A stretch of DNA of 63,631 bases, filler included, from Intoshia linei (taxonomy: Eukaryota; Animalia; Orthonectida), in the NCBI GenBank assembly GCA_001642005.1. It is 9 parts of 9 records of this genome, joined end to end, with 100 filler letters (N's around TTAATTAATTAA, not from the genome) between each part and the next. Parts side by side here need not be neighbours in the genome. Positions count along the whole stretch, not along the records: positions 50,612 to 53,084 come from LWCA01002302.1; positions 53,185 to 57,658 come from LWCA01001929.1; positions 57,759 to 60,374 come from LWCA01002429.1; positions 60,475 to 62,450 come from LWCA01002451.1; positions 62,551 to 63,631 come from LWCA01002806.1; 4 more parts are not named here. One strand, written 5' to 3'. Of the stretch, positions 52,050 through 63,631 are shown in pieces. The position numbers and the translations under genes were made by a program. Position 1 is the first letter of the stretch. Each line of letters starts with the position of its first letter. Under the pieces are notes generated by a model. It searched no databases. It was not told the origin of the DNA and was given only the letters and a program-made list of their open reading frames with translations.

Positions 52050-53084
52050 ATTATTGTAGTTATCACGTGGGAATGATCTATTTTAAATTATTATGAGTCT
52101 TTGATGAGTAATGCTATATAACCGCCGGTTGTTTTTCCACTGGTTTGAACTTAACAATTTAATTTTAATACACAGATCATTTATAAAATTTAAAAATATA
52201 ATTTTGTTTATGTTCTAATTTGTATATATAACAATAGAGTCGTGGAGAGATGACTAGGGCTATACGAAAATATGCATTTTTTATTAAAAAAATTTGTTGG
52301 GGCCTATTTCTCATTTATTTACTTTACATTTAGTTATTTTACATTGATTTATTTTTTATTTGAGTTTCGAGCTTGACAAATCGGCTTTGTAAATATCGAC
52401 AGAAAATATTTTCAACTTAAACCAATATTTTTCATCCTGAATATATACTTTTTTGTGTAAAAATGTTATTGGCCCGTAACAAATAGTTTTAGTCAAAAAT
52501 GTTTATTTTTAAAATATTTATAATTTTGATTTTGAAGTTAACACGTAAATAGACAATATAGTTACAAATCAAATATAACTTTATTGAATGGCAACAGAAT
52601 AGAGAATCTATATAAATAAATAGTAATGCTACATTGTCTCATGCAGATCCTCGAAAAAAGTTTTCATTTTTTTTGTGTAGTGTAATCATCGTAATAAAAT
52701 TGATAACAATGGTTTTATTCATATTAATTTATTATGTATAGTTACCGACACCATCATGATCGGGCCTATGCAAATATTAAAATTAAGGTGTATTAAATAT
52801 GGTATTGATATAATTTAAGGCTTACAAAAATAAGGTTTGGGGTATAGTAGATTCAGTTGGTATTAACGATAGAAACAAACAAAGATTTTAAGGTCACATA
52901 AAATCAGTAAATTTAATTTTTAGGTCAGTTTTTTTGTTAAAATATAAGTCAATAAAAAATTGCCCTAGTTACAACGAAAAGCTAAATTTAAAAGTAATTA
53001 ATGAACGTTTAAATTCAAATCGATACATTAAAATGTTAAAAAAATCGAATCTTAAACATATCGATTCTACAATTAGATATTTCA
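52050..53084 (+). mobile_element. decayed Tc1/Tc3-like element, copy 1
   Basis: Homologous to 59740-60374; encodes SYNEKLNLKVINERLNSNRYIKML, resembling the Tc1 G.MNSxxYxxxL segment. Confidence 0.5.
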
Positions 53085-53239
53085 NNNNNNNNNNNNNNNN
53101 NNNNNNNNNNNNNNNNNNNNNNNNNNNNTTAATTAATTAANNNNNNNNNNNNNNNNNNNNNNNNNNNNNNNNNNNNNNNNNNNNCAAAAAATTTCAATCC
53201 GAATAAGTGACGACTTCACGGTCAAAAAAGCATTTTAGA

Positions 53240-56201
53240 TTTAGAGGTAACTCTAGTGAACAGTTATCATGAGGAATATATCGCTGTTGTAATTTTGACG
53301 TAACAGGATCATTTCGTTTAAAAAATAAAGAATGAAAGGTAGGTTGTTTTGGTACATTTTTATCAAAATTTCTTTTAACCCTACTTTGGTATTTAGGTTG
53401 GTTTGGTTTTGCCGATTGTATAAATCCCTTTCTGGAATTATTCGTTAATATTGAACGAGGGATGAATGGCAAGGACAAGGAGTGTCCAAATAATAATTCT
53501 GCAGGTGATTGTTGATTCTTGGCCGTAGGCATATTACGCATATCAGTAAGAATTTTGAATATTTTCAAATCCCAATCATTTTTGTTTTAATTTGTAAGAC
53601 AGCGAATTTTATCCTTCATTGTTCGATTCATTCGCTCTACTTGACCAACACCTTCATGATATGAAAAAGTAAAAGCTTTCTTGATCCCTATAACTGAGCA
53701 TAGATTTTTTACAATAGCTAAATCAAATTTGGTACCTTGGTCGGTGTGAATTTGATTTGGAACACCATACCTTGCGACAATATTATTTAATATGTTATAC
53801 GCAACACAATCAGCGGTCATTTCTTCAATAGGAAAGATTTCAGGCCAACCAGTAAAATGATCGACTATGACCAATAAATAACGATTTCCGTTTTTGGTAA
53901 TTGGCATTGGACCAGCAAAATTGACTTGCCACAGTTTATTTAATTTAAATGAAACTACTTGATTTAATAAGTAATTATAGCGTCGCCTACCAGTTTTAAA
54001 TAAATTATATTTTGTGATATAGTGATATAGATATAAGGATAGTGATTTAGATGATATAACTATATCGTCTATATGCAGATGCCCAATTTAACCCTTTCAA
54101 TATGCCGTCCATCATACGTTGACATGTAGCTGGACCATTCACCAATCAAAAAGGCATAACCTTGAATTGATATAATCCACCTTTGGGCCATCTGAAAATG
54201 CTGTTTTTGTTTTAGCTGAATAGGATAATGGTATTTGCCAAAATCCCGAACATAGATCAAATGTAGAAAAGTATGTATTCCCTTCCAAATTATCAAAAAT
54301 ATCATTTTGTTTTGGAATCGGATATGTATCACTTTTGTAATTGAATTTAATTTGCGATAATCAACACAAAAACGATTGGAATCATCTTTTTTCTTTATCA
54401 TCAAAAAAGATGATTTGTATTGACTTTTAGCATATTCAATAATGGCAGATTTTAACATTTCATTAATTTGTTCCGATACTATGCTTTTTGATTAATAGGA
54501 GGAGAGTAAGAATGTCCTACCATTGGTTTAGAATCTTCTTCAATAGATATATTATGTACATAATTTTTTGATCTACCTGGTTTATTTGTAAATAAATATT
54601 TATTTTTATCAACAACTGATTTGAATTGATCATTAAGAGAACCCATTTAGTTAATATCTATAGATTATAACCGTCAAGGTTTGGATCACATAAATCGATA
54701 GATTCTGATTCTAATTCTTTGACAAATGAAATGCTGTTTTGTGGATTTTGTAAGATATTAATTGATCATTTCTTGATAAAATCTAGCACAATGATTGGAT
54801 TCTGTACATCTTCTGATATGACGAATTCGTATTCGAATGTGTTTTTTAAAACTTTTATATGAATCGAACATTTACGTTTTCCGTCTATTTTTAATTTTTT
54901 ACCAGATATAGAGGTAAATTCATTATCATGATTTATTTGATTTAAAATAAGTTGGTAAAAATGAAGCTGATGATCCTGTATCTATCAGACATGACACTCG
55001 TTATTGTCTATTATAGCTTCTACAAAAAATAATGCAACATAATCTGTATTATTTATTTGATCCTTATAATAATTATACAAATGACCTTTTTTCCACATAC
55101 TACACAAAATGGTTCTATATGTTTGAATGGACAAGATTTTGAGATACAGAATCCAGTTAAGAATTTTTCGCATATAAAAGATTTTTTGTTTACGTTATGC
55201 ATTGTTTGATCATTATTGACTCTATATTTTGACTTGAATCCTGTATCAATATTAGTTTTTCGTGAGTTTTAGAGTACGTGTTTTTCGATATCATTTTCCA
55301 ATATTGTTCCATGGGAGGATTAATTTTGACCAACTTGGCTAGTTTATCAATATCTGTTGCAAGGTGGACTATACATTTTACATTTCGTATAAAATTACGT
55401 ATTGAAGGTTTATATTTTAAATTTGCTAACTTTCTTGTTGCTTCACATATGGCCTTCACTCTGTGACCTTGATATTGTTGCAATAAATTGAGCAATATGA
55501 TTGTAATGCAAGTCGGTTTATCTTAAAGGGTTCAGTTAAACCGTGAAAATTAATTTGATAAAATTTATTTTTCAACCTTTATTGTTTTTGAAATATTCAT
55601 TTTGTTATCCTGTTTTTCTACACTTTTAATATCATCAATATCTGCAATATTTTTTTGGACTCTTGTAACGGTATCTTGTATTGTGTCATTAATCATTTTC
55701 ATCACTTCTTTAACTTCTTGCAATTTAAGTGTATACAAAATGTTCACTCGCATTAATATTATCATTAGTATCTGCTTATGTATGAGAATTTGAGTCAAGA
55801 CGCTGTCTTGCTACTCTTCCCATAAGGATTTCATCAACAAGGCCTTTTGCTTTGCCGATAGTTTATTTTTGGCATCAATAAGTAAGATATATTCATCAAA
55901 TTCAAGTTTTCACATCAAAATTGAATTCTCCTACGTCATGTAACAAAGCTTTAGGTTTCAAAATAATATCAGATAGCTGTATTTAAATAAATTTGATAAG
56001 TTGAATTTTTAGTATAATTAATAAGATTTAAATAAAAAAACCTATAAATATTTCATTAAAAAAACCTATTGATTTTCCTCCTAAATCACTCCTGTATCAT
56101 TTTTGTTTTTTTAACTGTAAACATTAAAATTCCCTCAATATATTTCCTAATATCTTCTACTCCACGATTTTTAAAGAAAGCTTGCGCTTCGTTACCATGT
56201 A
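53240..56201 (-). mobile_element. decayed Gypsy LTR retrotransposon (LTR end/PBS, gag-like, protease, RT, integrase; RNase H deleted)
   Basis: Minus strand: ...GTTACA|TGGTAACGAAGCG (LTR end/PBS-like, 56201-56185), CLIDTGSS (~54985), KKKDDSNRFCVDYRKLN and IDDIVI (RT), GNRYLLVIVDHFT...YGVPNQIHTDQG...GQVERMNRT and SPAELLFG (integrase). Confidence 0.88.
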
Positions 56202-56379
56202 ACTGACACATACTAACATCATAAGGACACATTAGATTACACTAACTGACACTAATCCATTAGAAAAAATCTTATCTATTGTATGAAGCGAATTTGTGAT
56301 TGGTATCATATTTTACTTCAATTTAATTGTTGATTCTATTAAAGATGGCAATATTTAAAATTTTTTTTCTTGTTTTCGT

Positions 56380-56830
56380 GTACCGCGCACCACTTTTCCA
56401 CATTTTTAACGTGAAACATCGTTTTTCAACTAAATATTTTTGATAGAATTATTTATTTTAGTAGGAATTCTAGAATCTAGATAATAAATCAGCACAATAG
56501 TTTAATGAACCAGGTCTGTAATTAATTTCTAAATCATACAATTGTAAATTTTATAACCATCTAAATTCTTGATGTGGAAGATTGTTGGAATTATTTACAT
56601 ACGTTAATGGATTATGGTCAGATAAGACAACACTTCTTGTCCATGATATAATATTTGAATTTGTTCACAGCCCAATGGATAACAAAGCATTATTTTTTAA
56701 AGGTGCTGTACCGTTGTTCTGAATACTACTGAAACGACTTACTGCAATATTCCACTACTTTATCATATTGTAAAAGCACCGCACCGATACCATGTTCGGA
56801 TGCATCTGCTTCGAATAAATTTATTATTCT
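56380..56830 (-). mobile_element. Gypsy RNase H fragment from a separate or rearranged copy
   Basis: EADASEHGIGAVL...SDHNPL...RWL*NLQLYDLEINYRPGSLNYCADLLSR, lying upstream of the PBS above. Confidence 0.75.
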
Positions 56831-56899
56831 TTTGAAGTAATTGATTGAGTGGATCTGTCAATTTGGTATAATTTTAAATAAATTTACGGTGATAACCGC

Positions 56900-57658
56900 A
56901 CATTCCAAGGAATGAGAGTACAGGTTATTCTCGATATTTTGACAAAAATAGTTGCAAAAAGTGGAAATCGTTCAAAAACCAGTTTTTAAACACTTCACGT
57001 GTCATCCATCCTTTACTTGATGATTGATATATTACTGGCAACTCTATATTCTTGATAGAACCCGGGTTTTTGGCTTTTCCTAATACTAATAATTTTAATT
57101 TATTAAACTCATCACTATTACTGCATGCCATTGCAGTTAATCGGCTCTTGTCAGATTTGCTTCCTTTTATTTCATGTTCATTTGAATGGGTTAATGAGCT
57201 TCTATCTAGTTTCTTTCAATAGAATGCTGTTTCATCAGCATTATAAATCTGAGAATCGTTTAAACCCATTTCAATAGTTAGTTTTAAAATTTTTTCTTTA
57301 AATGTTTCGATCCCACTCATGTCAGCCGACAATGAGTCCCCGGAACATTTCCTTAATATTATACCATGTCTTCTTTTAAAGTTGTATAACCAACCTACGC
57401 TAGCATTAAATGCTGCGGTAGATGAATAAAAGATATTTTTGAAATCTTGGGCCTTCTGTCATTATTAAATCGTTAGTAGGTACGGATCTACATCTACGTT
57501 CTATAAACCAATAAAATAATGCCTCTTCCATTTTAGGATATAAGGATTTTCTAAAATTTTTGCGTTCTTTAAAATTTACATAAGACATTTTAGAAGAATT
57601 AATTAATTTGTCTTTATTCTTTTTTATGTAATAAATAGTACTCCTTGATACTTCATAT
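56900..57658 (-). mobile_element. decayed pogo/Tigger (CENP-B/jerky-like) transposase
   Basis: YPKMEEALFYWF, FNASVGWLYNFKRRHGI, QIYNADETAFY, RLTAMACSN...KLKLLVLGKAKNP...SSKGWMT. Confidence 0.85.
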
Positions 57659-57759
57659 NNNNNNNNNNNNNNNNNNNNNNNNNNNNNNNNNNNNNNNNNN
57701 NNTTAATTAATTAANNNNNNNNNNNNNNNNNNNNNNNNNNNNNNNNNNNNNNNNNNNNT

Positions 57760-58439
57760 TATGAGTTAATTTAATCAAAGCTTATCCTTTGATTTTATTC
57801 ATGAAATATTTAGAATATTAAAATTTTTGATTAACATATAATTTTTTTATTAATATTTTTCATAATTTTCTGTATTATTTTGATTGATTATATATATTTT
57901 AATAAAATATTTTATGAATTAATAAACAAAGAACATATAATAATTGAATTATGTTTATTTTTTTTCCTTTGTTTTTAGTCATATACCTTAATTTTATTTT
58001 AATTGAAGGTTGTATTACAGAAATATTATCTTCTGTTAATAGAAATTCTATTATTGTTAAAATTATTAGTAATGAATGAATTTGGACTTATAAATATAAT
58101 TTATTTAATAGTATTTTTAATTCTTATATAATTGGAAATGAAGAAATTATAAGAAGAATAATATGTAATTTGGAAGTTGATAATCAAATAGTTTTATCTT
58201 ATAATAAAGTATTTAAGTTTATAATTACATCTAGGGATGTTATTCATTCATTTAGTATTCCTGGTTTGGGAAGTAAAATAGATGCAATTCCAGGTCAATT
58301 AAATAATAGAATAATTTTTAAAAAATTACCCAGAGTTTTTTATGGACAATGCTCAGAACTTTGTGAAGTTGATCATAGATTTATACCTATTTGTTTAGAA
58401 TATATTTCAATAGAACATTTTAATAAATTAAACAACTAA
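57760..58439 (+). pseudogene. cox2: mitochondrial-derived cox2, degenerate copy 1 (probable NUMT)
   Basis: EWIWTY (TGA=W), DVIHSF, GQCSELCEVDHSFMP in code 5. The 5' half has stops/frameshifts and conserved residues are substituted (PGQLN, PS/RVFYG, CEVDH). Confidence 0.85.
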
Positions 58440-58442
58440 AAA

Positions 58443-58574
58443 TAAAAAGAAACTAATTTATAGTTAAGAATTGTTAATTTTTATAAGTTCATATATAACC
58501 TTTTTAGTTTTATCATAGTTTAAATGAAACATTATGTTGTGGTCATAAAAATATTTTTTAAATATTATAGTATG
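58443..58574 (+). tRNA. mitochondrial-type trnN(GTT) plus trnH(GTG), copy 1 (probably pseudo)
   Basis: Anticodon arms AAGAA-TTGTTAA-TTTTT and TTATG-TTGTGGT-CATAA. Confidence 0.6.
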
Positions 58575-58649
58575 AATTTTTAGAGAATTCAGTATAATAT
58601 GAAATTTATTTAATATAGTTTTACTTTTNATGATTTTGAACTTATGAAT

Positions 58650-58993
58650 ATGATTTATTTAATAGTGTTTTTAATTCTTATATAATTAGAAATGAAGAAA
58701 TTAAAAGAGGAATAATACGTAATTTAGAAGTTGATAATCGAATAGTTTTACCATATAATAAAATATGTAGCTTAATAATTACATCTAGAGATGTTATTCA
58801 TTCATTTAGCATTCCTGGATTAGGAATTAAAATAGATGCAATTCCAGGTCGATTAAATAATAGAATAATTTTTAGAAAATTACCTGGAGTTTTTTATGGA
58901 CAATGTTCTGAACTATGTGGAATTGATCATAGATTTATACCAATTTGTTTAGAATTTATTTCAAGAGAACACTTTAATAAATTAAATAACTAA
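58650..58993 (+). pseudogene. cox2: mitochondrial-derived cox2 3' half, better-conserved copy 2
   Basis: Code 5: LEVDNRMVLP...SSDVIHSF...KMDAIPGRLN...[21 protein letters not shown]...TAA. Confidence 0.85.
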
Positions 58994-58996
58994 AAA

Positions 58997-59061
58997 TAAA
59001 AAGAAACTAATTTATAGTTAAGAATTGTTAATTCTTATAAGTTTATATTAAACCTTTTTAG
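58997..59061 (+). tRNA. trnN: mitochondrial-type tRNA-Asn (GTT)
   Basis: Acceptor TAAAAAG/CTTTTTA, anticodon stem AAGAA/TTCTT with loop TTGTTAA, T arm GTTTA/TAAAC. Confidence 0.75.
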
Positions 59062-59128
59062 TTTTAAAATAGTTTAAATAAAACATTATGTTGTGGTCAT
59101 AAAAATATTTTTTAAATATTATAGTAAG
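59062..59128 (+). tRNA. trnH: mitochondrial-type tRNA-His (GTG)
   Basis: D arm GTTT/AAAC, anticodon stem TTATG/CATAA with loop TTGTGGT; acceptor stem imperfect. Confidence 0.65.
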
Positions 59129-59149
59129 AATTTTTAGAGAATTCAGTAT

Positions 59150-59390
59150 AATATGAAATTTATTTAATATAGTTTTACTTTTATTTTTAAACATAATATT
59201 TTTTATTATATTAGTTTTATTTAAAACTAAATTTAAAAATATAGTAATAATAATAAATATATTACAATCTTTTTTAAAAAATTTAAATTTAGATTTTTAA
59301 AAATTTCATTTATTCCTGTTTTTGTATTAGTTGTTTATAGTAATTTTTTGACATTAATTTTACATTTGACATTTAACACTACAGCAACGA
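59150..59390 (+). pseudogene. possible atp6 5' fragment ending the mitochondrial segment
   Basis: FIPVFVLVVYSNFLTLILHLTFNTTA weakly resembles ATP6 NxxGLxPxxFTxT. Confidence 0.3.
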
Positions 59391-59739
59391 ATTTATAAAA
59401 TTAAATTTATATTAACTAAAACGTTATTTTTTTTATTGATAATTGTGACAAATTTCACATAAAATGGTAAAAAGAAAAGTAACATTTACAAGAAAAAAGG
59501 CCAAAAGTATAGACAATTTTTTAACATCAATCATTGTTATATTACAATCCTTTGCAATAATGGTAAAATTCGACTGAAATATTTATAAAGTGAAGATTCA
59601 GTTAATTATTTATACACAATTAATATTTTTAAGTATTTATTAAATGGATACTGAATATATGTCATCGCATTGAGTGCCCTCGGCAGAGCTAGGTGCTGTT
59701 TGTACGTAGTACAAAACTGCCATTCTAGTATATTAATCT

Positions 59740-60374
59740 TATTGCAGTTATCACGTAAAAATGATCTATTTTAAATTATTATGAGTGTTTGATGAGTAAT
59801 GCCATATAACCGCCGGTCGTTTTTCCACTAGTTTGAACTTAACAATTTGATTGGGACACACAGAACATCTATAATATTTAAAAATATAATTTTGTCAATG
59901 TTGCAATTTGTATATATGAAAATAACGTCGTCGAGAGGTGATTAGGGCTATACGAAAATATGCATTTTTTATTAAAAAAAATTTGTTGGGGCCTATTTTA
60001 CATTGATTTATTTTTTATGTGGACTTCGAGCTTGACAGGTCGACTTTGTAAATATCCACAAAAAATATTTTTATATTGTATATATATTTTATAATATATT
60101 GATATAATTTAAGGCTTACGAAAAGAAGGTTTAGGGTATAATAGATTTAGTTGGTATTAATTATAGAAAACCACAAAGATTTTAAGGTCAGATAAAGTCA
60201 CTATAACGGATTAGTTATTAGTTACAACGGATAGCTAAATTTAGAAGTAATTAATGGACTTTTAAATTCAAGTCGATACATAAAAATGTTAAAAATATCG
60301 AATCTTAAACATATCGGTTTTACAATTAAATATTTTAACAAAATAACGCACTAATACACGTCTTTAAAATATCC
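59740..60374 (+). mobile_element. decayed Tc1/Tc3-like element, copy 2
   Basis: Homologous to 52050-53084; SYNG*LNLEVINGLLNSSRYIKML. Confidence 0.5.
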
Positions 60375-61531
60375 NNNNNNNNNNNNNNNNNNNNNNNNNN
60401 NNNNNNNNNNNNNNNNNNTTAATTAATTAANNNNNNNNNNNNNNNNNNNNNNNNNNNNNNNNNNNNNNNNNNNNTTTTCCCCCCCCCCCCCCTTTTGAAT
60501 AGTTTACGACAGCTAAGAATATTTTTTAACGAATATTAGGATAAAATTAAAGTTGAAGTAAGTGGATTATGGAACATAAAACTTAGAAAATTAAATTATC
60601 ATGATCCATAATTAGACCCTTCTTAATTTTAACTCTCAAATGCAATTTTTATATTTACTCAAACTTCAAACCGACGGTAACATACTTATAGTATAAGTCA
60701 AATTTAACGGAATTTTTGGAACATCTAAATCAAAATTATAAAATTTCGTTCAACTAGCCTACTTAGTATTTCGATGAAAATTTTTTTATTTTAAAGATGA
60801 ATCATCTATAGATCACGACTAATTAAACTTGTATATTGTCATTTATAGATGTTTATTTTAGAATAAAAAATTTAAATTATTATTCCGATACTAATGATAT
60901 ATTACCATAAAAATGATACTTTCCAAGTGGCCAACTTTTATGTTAAAACACAAGTAAAAAATGTTTATTATTCTTAAAAACAATCATACTTACATGCAAA
61001 AATGAACGAAGGCGTGTCAATCTCGTTTATAATTTTATAACTTTTAAGAGCAAGCAATCTCGAACCGAGCTATATTTTGCTTTGATTTAATTGGTTTTAG
61101 TTATTTTTATTTTTAATTATTAGTATTTGTTGTTATGCGTTAATTATTTCGAATTTAAAATATTTGCGCTGTGATGAATGAAATGTTTTCTACATTATCT
61201 ATTTTTTAAATTTTGATTTAACTTTATTTTGAAGCTTTTATTTACATAGGCCATGTAGGTGACATCCACTGTAAAAAAACTAAAAATAAGACTAAAATAT
61301 GTTTATAAAGTGAAGATTCGGTTAATTATTGATACATAATTGGTATTTTTAAGTATTTATTAAATTGGTACTGAATATATATTATCAGTGATTATGACTA
61401 ATGTGATAATTTATCATATTCAAAGTGACAAAATAGGTTTTTATAATATTATTTTTTTCTGGAATTTATGCTATTTATGATAATTTTTAGGATTGGACTG
61501 TTTTTATTTTATTTTTAATATTATACACACA

Positions 61532-62450
61532 CTAGCTTGACTGTTATGTACTACGTACAAACAAAACCTAGCTCTACCGAAGGCACATTTTTATTATACT
61601 TAAAAAATAAATTTATGTTGAAAATCTAATTTAAAAATCCTACTATTCACTAGTATCAATCCTTTAAAGGAGTGGTTCTCATAAATTTTTTCAGATGGAA
61701 TCATCATATCACATTATTTTTTATTTTAAAGTGAATTATTCCATATTAATTTTTTGTTTGTTAACCACGAGTGAAAGAATATTTATTTTCTAGCTATTAA
61801 TCGAGTTTAAAACATGCCATACTTCATTTATATCTATGAATTGGTTAAATCAAAAATTCGACGAAAAAATAATATCAAAAAGTATATGGTCACCAAAGTC
61901 TCCTGATCTAACGCCATGTGATTTTTATTTGTGGGGAACAATAAAATCTAAAATTTATAAAAATGTCCCTTCAAATATAGAACCCGTAAAAACTAATATC
62001 ATTAACAGTATTAACTCAATTAGCACTCAAGAATTATCTAATGTTTACAACAATTTCCTTAAACGCATTGATTTATGTATCCAATCTGATGGTGGTCATT
62101 TTGAACATTTATTGTTAATAATTTTAAGTTTCTAACTTTTTCCTAAATACTTTAGATAAATATCCAAATAATTTTATTATTGAGTAAATTTAATTGTTAC
62201 AGTCAAAATGTTTTTTGATAAACTTTTTATTTTTAAAATTTAAAATTTAAAGATTGCGTAGCAATCAAAAAAATTCCGAAGAAAATGAATTATATAGATT
62301 TTCACCCATATGCCTTTATTGGAAATGTGTAGACGTATAATCCACACTTTTTGTGAAATTGTAGGATCAATATTTACATTTTCAATTTTTGATTTTAATT
62401 GAAATACTTGAAAAATATTGGTTGATAATATATTAAAAATTATTTTTCAC
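61532..62450 (-). mobile_element. Helitron family copy with an embedded transposase fragment
   Basis: Minus 3' end CTAG|T at 61531-61535 with hairpin; Helitron homology resumes after ~62200. Confidence 0.7.
61836..62135 (+). pseudogene. C-terminal fragment of a Tc1/mariner (rosa/DD41D-like) transposase
   Basis: WSPKSPDLTPCDFYLWGTIKSKIY...RIDLCIQSDGGHFEHLL. Confidence 0.8.
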
Positions 62451-62877
62451 NNNNNNNNNNNNNNNNNNNNNNNNNNNNNNNNNNNNNNNNNNNNTTAATT
62501 AATTAANNNNNNNNNNNNNNNNNNNNNNNNNNNNNNNNNNNNNNNNNNNNATCTTTTCTGAATTTCAGACTCTGAATATATAATTGTGTTCATATTTACA
62601 AATTTAAAATCTATTTAACAATTATTAAGAAATTTAACACTCGAAAATATTTTAATATTTTTATATATTTTCAAAAAATATCAACTCGGGCTTTGTCTGA
62701 GTAGACAGAGTTGGAGAGTCGCCACTGTTATTATTAATAAATATATTTTATTATATATACATTCTACGACTTTTGGTTTTTATTTTCATTTTTGAAATTT
62801 CTGGGACTCAGTTTTTTGAATAAATTTGAAAACAAAGATATTAAATTTTATACAAATAAGGATAAAATACATTTTAG

Positions 62878-63631
62878 ATTCCATCTAATGAAACTTGTAC
62901 TTATATTAGTGACAATACACACAAAAATTTTAAACGAATTGATCAACATAGAAATATGAAATTAGAAATTAATTATAATATTAGAAAAAATCAAAATTTT
63001 CTTATGGCATTACATAATTGTACCGCCTATCTATCATATGACTATGGAGATTCTTGGAAATTTAGTTCAAATATAAATTGTTATAATAATTTAGAATATC
63101 ATGGAAATTTAGGTCTGTATGTTATAAATTACTTATATGATGATGATGAATTTGAAGTGTTTTTTAGTTATAATGATTTGATAAGTATAATAAAACCATT
63201 TAAACCAAAAACATACTTTCAAAAAATAGTAATAGTAAAAGCAAAAATTCCAATTATAATTCTAATAAATAATGTTTTTGGATATATCTCCTTAAACGGA
63301 GGAAGGTATATGCACATTTTAGACAAATATAAGCAGTTTCATTATTTATTTGATATTAAAAGCCAGGGATGGTACGGGCAAAATTTGAAAAATGGTGAAA
63401 TCACAATTGATCATATTGATAATAATTTAAACATTAAAACAATTACAATAAAGTCTGAAAAATGTTCTAATACTATAATGAAATATTCAACGCATTGTAA
63501 AACTGGATATACATATTTTGAAAGATTTCTAAATACTAAAATACATAAAATTTGCCATTTAGATACAATTGATGTTGTACCACATCGAAACATTACCTGT
63601 CAATGCATTTCAAACGACTACACGTGTGCTG
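62878..63631 (+). CDS. VPS10/sortilin-like domain exon, open to the window end
   Basis: After acceptor TTTTAG, ~251 stop-free codons with Asp-box YLSYDYGDSW, YISLNGG and a 10CC-like HCKTGY...R...C...TCQCISNDYTC. Not in the ORF track because no stop is reached. Confidence 0.7.
   Translation, partial: MPSNETCTYISDNTHKNFKRIDQHRNMKLEINYNIRKNQNFLMALHNCTAYLSYDYGDSWKFSSNINCYNNLEYHGNLGLYVINYLYDDDEFEVFFSYNDLISIIKPFKPKTYFQKIVIVKAKIPIIILINNVFGYISLNGGRYMHILDKYKQFHYLFDIKSQGWYGQNLKNGEITIDHIDNNLNIKTITIKSEKCSNTIMKYSTHCKTGYTYFERFLNTKIHKICHLDTIDVVPHRNITCQCISNDYTCA

Noticed and set aside
53194-53240. C-terminus of ORF 53194-53568 (CFFDREVVTYSD)
   Set aside because: Read-through from the Gypsy integrase tail into Helitron sequence, not a real protein end.
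20039-62550. Recurring TTAATTAATTAA motif inside N runs
   Set aside because: Identical artificial six-frame-stop linker, not biological.

Overview
Very AT-rich eukaryotic (animal) nuclear DNA made of nine contigs joined by eight artificial 100-bp linkers (N44-TTAATTAATTAA-N44), so adjacency across linkers is not certain. By hand-splicing GT-AG introns (many only 33-45 nt) I find seven conserved genes: DDX1 (-, 5'-partial), PSMD4/Rpn10 (-), a CTL/SLC44A choline transporter-like gene (+, 5'-partial), DNAAF5/HEATR2 (+), PCID2 (+, 3'-partial), MMACHC (+) and TMEM35/NACHO (-). A VPS10/sortilin-like exon runs off the right end and is missing from the ORF track. Intergenic space and larger introns are filled with decayed transposons: hATm, Buster/SPIN-type hAT and their MITEs, a non-autonomous Helitron family, Chapaev3, Tc1, pogo, a PIF/ISL2EU-like fragment and a Gypsy element. 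There is also a duplicated mitochondrial cox2-trnN-trnH segment that reads in genetic code 5. Tiny introns, extreme AT content, motile-cilia genes and code-5 mtDNA fit a reduced invertebrate parasite such as an orthonectid (inference only). The most novel-looking signals are three different hAT MITEs inserted at the same base of the hATm terminus, a ~1.1-kb decayed virus-like or retroelement-like ORF in a DDX1 intron, and a hATm-type element carrying a possible captured gene fragment. I see no evidence of a new multi-gene system. All family assignments are from motif recall, not database searches.
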